A stretch of DNA of 64,000 nt from assembly GCA_000004695.1 (NCBI GenBank), contig CM000154.2:1120001-1184000 (forward strand), read 5' to 3'. This document shows, in pieces, positions 59,034 to 64,000 of the stretch. A program made the translations under genes and the position numbers. The notes below the pieces were generated by a model, which did no database searches, was not told where the DNA came from, and saw only the letters and a program-made list of their open reading frames with translations. The DNA is from Dictyostelium discoideum (lineage: Eukaryota). The stretch's first letter is position 1, and every line of letters starts with the position of its first letter.

Positions 59034-59283
59034 TTTTAGTTTTAGATAATAGTTGTTTAGTAAAATAAAAAAATAATAATAGATTATTAATAAATTAATT
59101 GATTTATAATTGTTTTTAATTTGATATCTTTTTTTTTTTTTAATTGAAACTATTTATACTAAAATTTTTCATTTTAAAAAATTAATTTTGATCATTTAAT
59201 TGCAGAATAATATTTAACCATTCACATTTTTTAAAATAAACACTAGTGTTAATTATTTTGTAGTTGGGGGTATTAAAGTTATT

Positions 59284-59335
<52 letters not shown>

Positions 59336-60045
59336 CATTAAAATTAAAAAAGAGAAAATAATTGATATTTTTTATTATTAATCTTTTTAATTTTATTTAT
59401 TAACATACCATTATTTCATTCTTTAAAATTGTAATACATTCACACTATGAAATATATAATCTTAAAAAAAAAAAAAAAAAAAAAATGAAAAATATATGAA
59501 AAAATAATTGGAAAAAACATCAATTAATTAAAAAGTAATTTATTAGATCTTAAAAAAAAAAGATATTATTATTATTTTTGAAATTAAAAACAATTCTTTT
59601 TTTTTTTTTTTTTTTAATGGTTTGCTGGTGGTTACAATGAACAAAGTATTATTTTGGTAAGTTTTTTGGAATGTATTTTTTAAGAAAAAAAAAAAAAATT
59701 GATCAGATATTAAATTCTGATAATTATTTAATTTTTCATTTTCATTAAAAAACAATTTTTCTTTAATCATTTATTAATTTATTTCATTTTCATAAAGAAC
59801 ACTAATTATGGATAAATGGTTGAAATTTAAGATATTATGAATGTGTAAAAGAATTAATTAAAATTAATTTTGCATATTTTTTCAGTTTTTGAAGAAAATA
59901 CAATTTGGAATTAACCATAATTATTTTATTATTTTAACAAGTCAATAAATAATAATAATAATAATAAAAAAAAAAATAATGTTTTATTTACAATCATAGG
60001 TGTTATGTATCTTTATTTTTTTTTTTTTTTTTTTTACTTTTTTTA

Positions 60046-61176
60046 TTAACCAAAGAACATAGAAGCAGCAACATCAACATTGCCTTTAGCTTGAGTTAAA
60101 AGTCTAATTGCCTTATCTCTTGAACAACCAAGTCCAATAAGGGTTTGGATATTGGATTCAGAAGCATATTGATTTGTAGTTGGTTGTGGTGTTGGTTGCG
60201 GTGTCTTTGCAACTGGTGGTGAATTAATTGGAGGTCTAGTGTTGTTGTTGTTGTTATTATTATTATTATTATTATTTACAGGAGAAGTGGCATTAGTTGG
60301 AGTTTGGGGTGAAGTAGTGGTAGTGGTAGTGGTAGTGGTTGAAGTTGTTGAAGGTGAAAGACTATTAGCAGTTGCTTTTTTAGTATCTTCTTCTAAATCA
60401 TTTTGTTCTTTATTTAAAATCTCCTTTAAATCTTTTTCATGAAGGAATTCAATCTTTTCATTTGCAATTTGTAATACACCTCTATTTAAATCCAAAATGA
60501 CTTGATGACGCTTTAACATATCCAAACCAAGGATGAAGTCAACATCTTGATTTTGAAGGATAGATAATGATACAGAGAATAAAGAGTTGCCAAGTTTTAA
60601 GTCTGTACTATGAACTCTACCTATAATTTTTGATGTACCCACACCTTTAGCAATACCATGAAATCTAGTATCAATAATTCTTGAAATTTCGCATCTTTCG
60701 GCACACTAAAAAAAAAAAAAAAAATGTTAGTAAATTTCATTATTATTATATATTTATTTATTGATTGATTGATTGATTCTAGTTATTAAATTAATTTACT
60801 TTTTCAGACATAATAGATTGTTGGGCACCTGTATCTACAAAAGCTTTTAATGGATGTCCATTAATTGAACATTCAATATATAACATATAAACTGAGGCAA
60901 ATACTTCAGGTGTATGTTCCATAGCATGTTGCATATTTTTTTCAATATTTTGTTGTTGAATATGTTGATAAGCTAATTTTTGATACTCTTCACCATATGG
61001 ATCTTTTAATGCCAATTCTTGAATACGACGTTGTTCTTTGATTTGTTCTACAAAGTGAGTAAGGAATTTCATATCTTTACTTAAGATTGCATTTGCTAAT
61101 GCTGGATTTGACTAAAAAGAGATAATAAAAAAAGTTAGTATATCAAAAAAAAAAAAAAATGAAAAAATAGTATACA

Positions 61177-61261
<85 letters not shown>

Positions 61262-61561
61262 TAGTTAATTAAATTTACATTTATAACTTGAGTTAAGTCT
61301 TCAGGATTGTTTGTAAAGTGGTCTAAAATATCTTGTGGTGAATTGAGAGGATCTCTTTGTGGTTGACGTTGTTGTTGTGGTTGTTGTGGTTGTTGTGGTT
61401 GTTGGGGTTGTTGTGATCTTTGTTGTGGTGCTCTTAAAACATTTTTTGTTATCAATAAGAAATCACCACCTTTAATTGAATAGTCTGATAATTTCTTTTC
61501 ATTATCTAATACTTTTCCATCAAGTGTTAAAACTTGATTGTTCACTAAAATTGTGGTCTGT

Positions 61562-61598
<37 letters not shown>

Positions 61599-61767
61599 AA
61601 TAAAAATAATAATAATTAAAAATTATTAAATAAAGATGATCATCTGTAAAGGGTGAAGGACATACTTCAAATTCTACTCTACGTTTTAGATCTTCAACTG
61701 TTTGATCTGGTTGTAAATTTACTTGAATGAAATTTTCATTTTCAATTGATATTGTTATTTCTGCCAT
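60046..61767 (-). CDS. ddi1: DNA-damage-inducible protein 1 (Ddi1), with UBL, retropepsin-like aspartyl protease and UBA domains. The four exons are 61767..61666, 61557..61279, 61111..60800 and 60705..60046.
   Basis: Exon 1 reads [34 protein letters not shown], followed by GTATGT. Exon 2 contains the UBL domain and a PQQ-rich linker. Exon 3 reads …[50 protein letters not shown], including the DTGA active site. Exon 4 reads [32 protein letters not shown]…[15 protein letters not shown]… followed by an S/T/N-rich linker and the UBA domain ([34 protein letters not shown]). The donors are GTATGT, GTAAAT and GTAAAT. All introns are phase 0. The ORF-track 'M' at 61545 is a GTG codon. Confidence 0.85.
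61178..61260 (+). repeat. (ATT)n microsatellite of about 27 units inside the Ddi1 intron between exons 2 and 3.
   Basis: This is a direct read. Confidence 0.9.
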
Positions 61768-62369
61768 TAATATGAATACTTTGGGTGTGTGGATAGATAG
61801 ATAAATATTATTTATGTGTTAGTGTGTTTAAAAAAATAAAAAAAAAAAATAAAAAAAAAAAAAAAAATATTGAAAAAAAAAGAATTAAAATAAATAAAAT
61901 TAAAAAAACTCCAAAATAATAAAAAAAAAAAAAAAAATTAAAATAAATAAAATTAATTAAAAAAACTCCAAAATAATAAAAAAATAAAAAAAAATTAAAA
62001 ATTAAATTAAAAAATTTGGTGATCAGAATAATTTCCTTGAAAATATTAAAAAAATAAGAACTAAATGAAAAATCATAGAAAATTCTACCTTTTTTATAAA
62101 ATTTGTTTTTTTTTTTTTTTTTTTTTACGGTAATACAATCCATTTTTTTTAAATTGGTTTCCTTAAAAAATAAAAAAAAAATAATTTTAAAATTATTGAA
62201 GTTCATATTTTTAGTTATAATTTAATTAAATATTTTTTTTACAACTTTTTCCTCCCTCTTTTTTTAAATTTTTTTTATTTTTTTTTATTTATTTTTTTTT
62301 TTTTGTTTTTTTGTGTTGTTTATTTTTTATTTTATTATTTTTTTTTTATTATTTTTCCCCCTCCTCACA

Positions 62370-62771
62370 ATGAACAACAACAACTTTAACGAAAATTTAA
62401 TATATACAAATAAACAGAATCATAATTTCAATATAAATAACTCACCATTCAATAACAATTACAATTTTCCAATTTTTCCAACTTTTGAAAATTTCAATAC
62501 CAACGAATATACAAAACACCAATCAATTTCAAAATGTAGTCAAACCAATAATGATAATCAATTTCAAAATAATAATCTAGGTATTTTAGAATTTCAAAAT
62601 CAACACCCAAATCATGAATTAACATTCCATGCATTAAATGATCAACTTACTTTTGGTAATGAGATTTCATGTCCCAATCAATCTATATTTAAAGATAATT
62701 CCAGTTTTTCAAGCGATTCATCAACTCATTTTAATATTTTAAATTGCTCAAATGATTTTATTCAGCATAAA

Positions 62772-62838
<67 letters not shown>

Positions 62839-63668
62839 GTAATTGTTATGAAAAAATTGAAATTTATGATGGAATAGGTTGTAGTTTTAGTGATACAAAT
62901 TCAATTTCAAGTATTTTAAATGAAAATGCTGAATTTAATTATGACAAAGTAATAGATACAAATTATGATAATATTTTAAAAATAAACAATAATTATAAAA
63001 ATAATAAAGAAATTAATGATACAGAAGTAAATAATAATAATAGTATTAACATAACCAATTATAATAATTTAAATAACAATAGTAATGAAATCGAAATTCC
63101 AAATCTAATTTTATTGAATAGCATTGATATAATTCAACAGGCTTCATATAATAATAATTATAATAATAATAATAACAATAATATGATTTCAAATAATTTT
63201 ATCAATTTCAATAATAATGAAAATTTTATTAATTCAACTCAATCAATTGATTTACCAAACATAATTATGAAATCAAATTTTGGATATGTTAAAAAAAATA
63301 ATTTTCGTAAAAGAGTAACAAAAGATTTTACAAAAGATATTTTTATAAAAACAAAACCAAGTGGAAAATGTAATTGTTTATCATTAAATAACAAATTACA
63401 AAAATGTGGTGGTTGTGGATGTGGTTGTAGAAAATCTGGAAATAAATGTAATGGTCGTTGTAGTTGTAATGGTAGTTGTTCAAATGGTATTGAAAATGAT
63501 TTAATATTCTTCAAAGTTTGGAGATTAAAACCAATTAATTCATTAATATTTTTATTTGTTAAACAAAATAATAAAAATAATAATAATAAAAATAATAATA
63601 ATTTAATTCAAGACGATATTTCAATAGGCAGTCCAACAATCAATAATGAATTCAAACCATGGAAATGA
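62370..63668 (+). CDS. Asn-rich hypothetical protein with a C-terminal Cys-rich (putative metal-binding) motif.
   Basis: I took the ATG at 62370 (MNNNNFNEN…) as the start. ORF 62313 begins earlier only through translated poly-T. The C-terminus reads KPSGKCNCLSLNNKLQKCGGCGCGCRKSGNKCNGRCSCNGSCSNG, with 13 Cys in 40 residues. Confidence 0.45.
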
Positions 63669-63829
63669 TCAAAAATAATAATAAAATAAAAAAATAAAAA
63701 AATAAAAAAAAAATAAAAAGAATTTTTTTATTATTTTTACAAATTTATTTATTTATTTAATAATATATTATTTTATTTTATTACCAATTTATTTATTTAT
63801 TTTAATGAGAATTTAATTGATAATTATTA

Positions 63830-63864
<35 letters not shown>

Positions 63865-64000
63865 TGTATTTAATTTTTGAGATTTTCTTTTATTTGTTCT
63901 ATAGATTGATTTATAATTTTCATAGTATCTTAAATGATAAATGATAGCTTCTCTAACTTTGAAATCAACATGAGCCGTTGAATATTTGAAATAAATTTTG

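Overview
The window looks like nuclear genomic DNA from a dictyostelid amoeba, with compositional hallmarks identical to Dictyostelium discoideum. It is roughly 75-80% A+T. Intergenic regions and introns are almost pure A/T homopolymers. Coding regions contain long in-frame (CAA)n and (AAT)n arrays that give polyQ and polyN tracts. Introns are short (80-400 nt), start with GTAAGT, GTATGT or GTAAAT, end with AG, and several genes have a micro first exon of 4-13 nt. I found no rRNA, tRNA, CRISPR array, intact transposon or prokaryote-type system.

I can support about 31 protein-coding genes. They include:
- the 3' end of CDC48/p97 (cdcD)
- SCOT/3-oxoacid CoA-transferase
- a PPTC7-like PP2C
- a hyaluronan/mRNA-binding-family (Stm1/HABP4/SERBP1) protein
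- a neugrin/Rrg9-like protein
- MAM33/p32
- FGAM synthase (purL)
- a C1-domain protein kinase with an F-box-like tail
- BORCS8
- an Atg14/UVRAG-family protein
- an LRR protein
- a thioredoxin-fold protein lacking CxxC
- gamma-carbonic anhydrase
- peptide deformylase
- two FNIP-repeat proteins
- ARL1
- a MOSC/mARC protein
- COX10
- Ddi1
- two hssA/2C/7E-type small Ser/Gly-rich proteins
- several low-complexity hypothetical proteins

The ORF track fragments many of these genes, because they are spliced and because the track also opens ORFs at TTG and GTG codons and shows them as M. I joined exons by hand using donor and acceptor motifs, phase continuity and family-level sequence conservation. 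Because the counting was manual, splice coordinates should be treated as +/-3 nt.

The most notable observations are these. About nine of the 31 genes encode mitochondrial proteins. One multi-exon gene combines an atypical C1 domain, a TKL-like kinase and an F-box-like segment. A thioredoxin-fold protein with the WCGPC active site replaced sits next to the gamma-CA gene. The ORF track missed several genes entirely. Two intergenic or intronic islands have non-AT-rich composition and could be ncRNAs.
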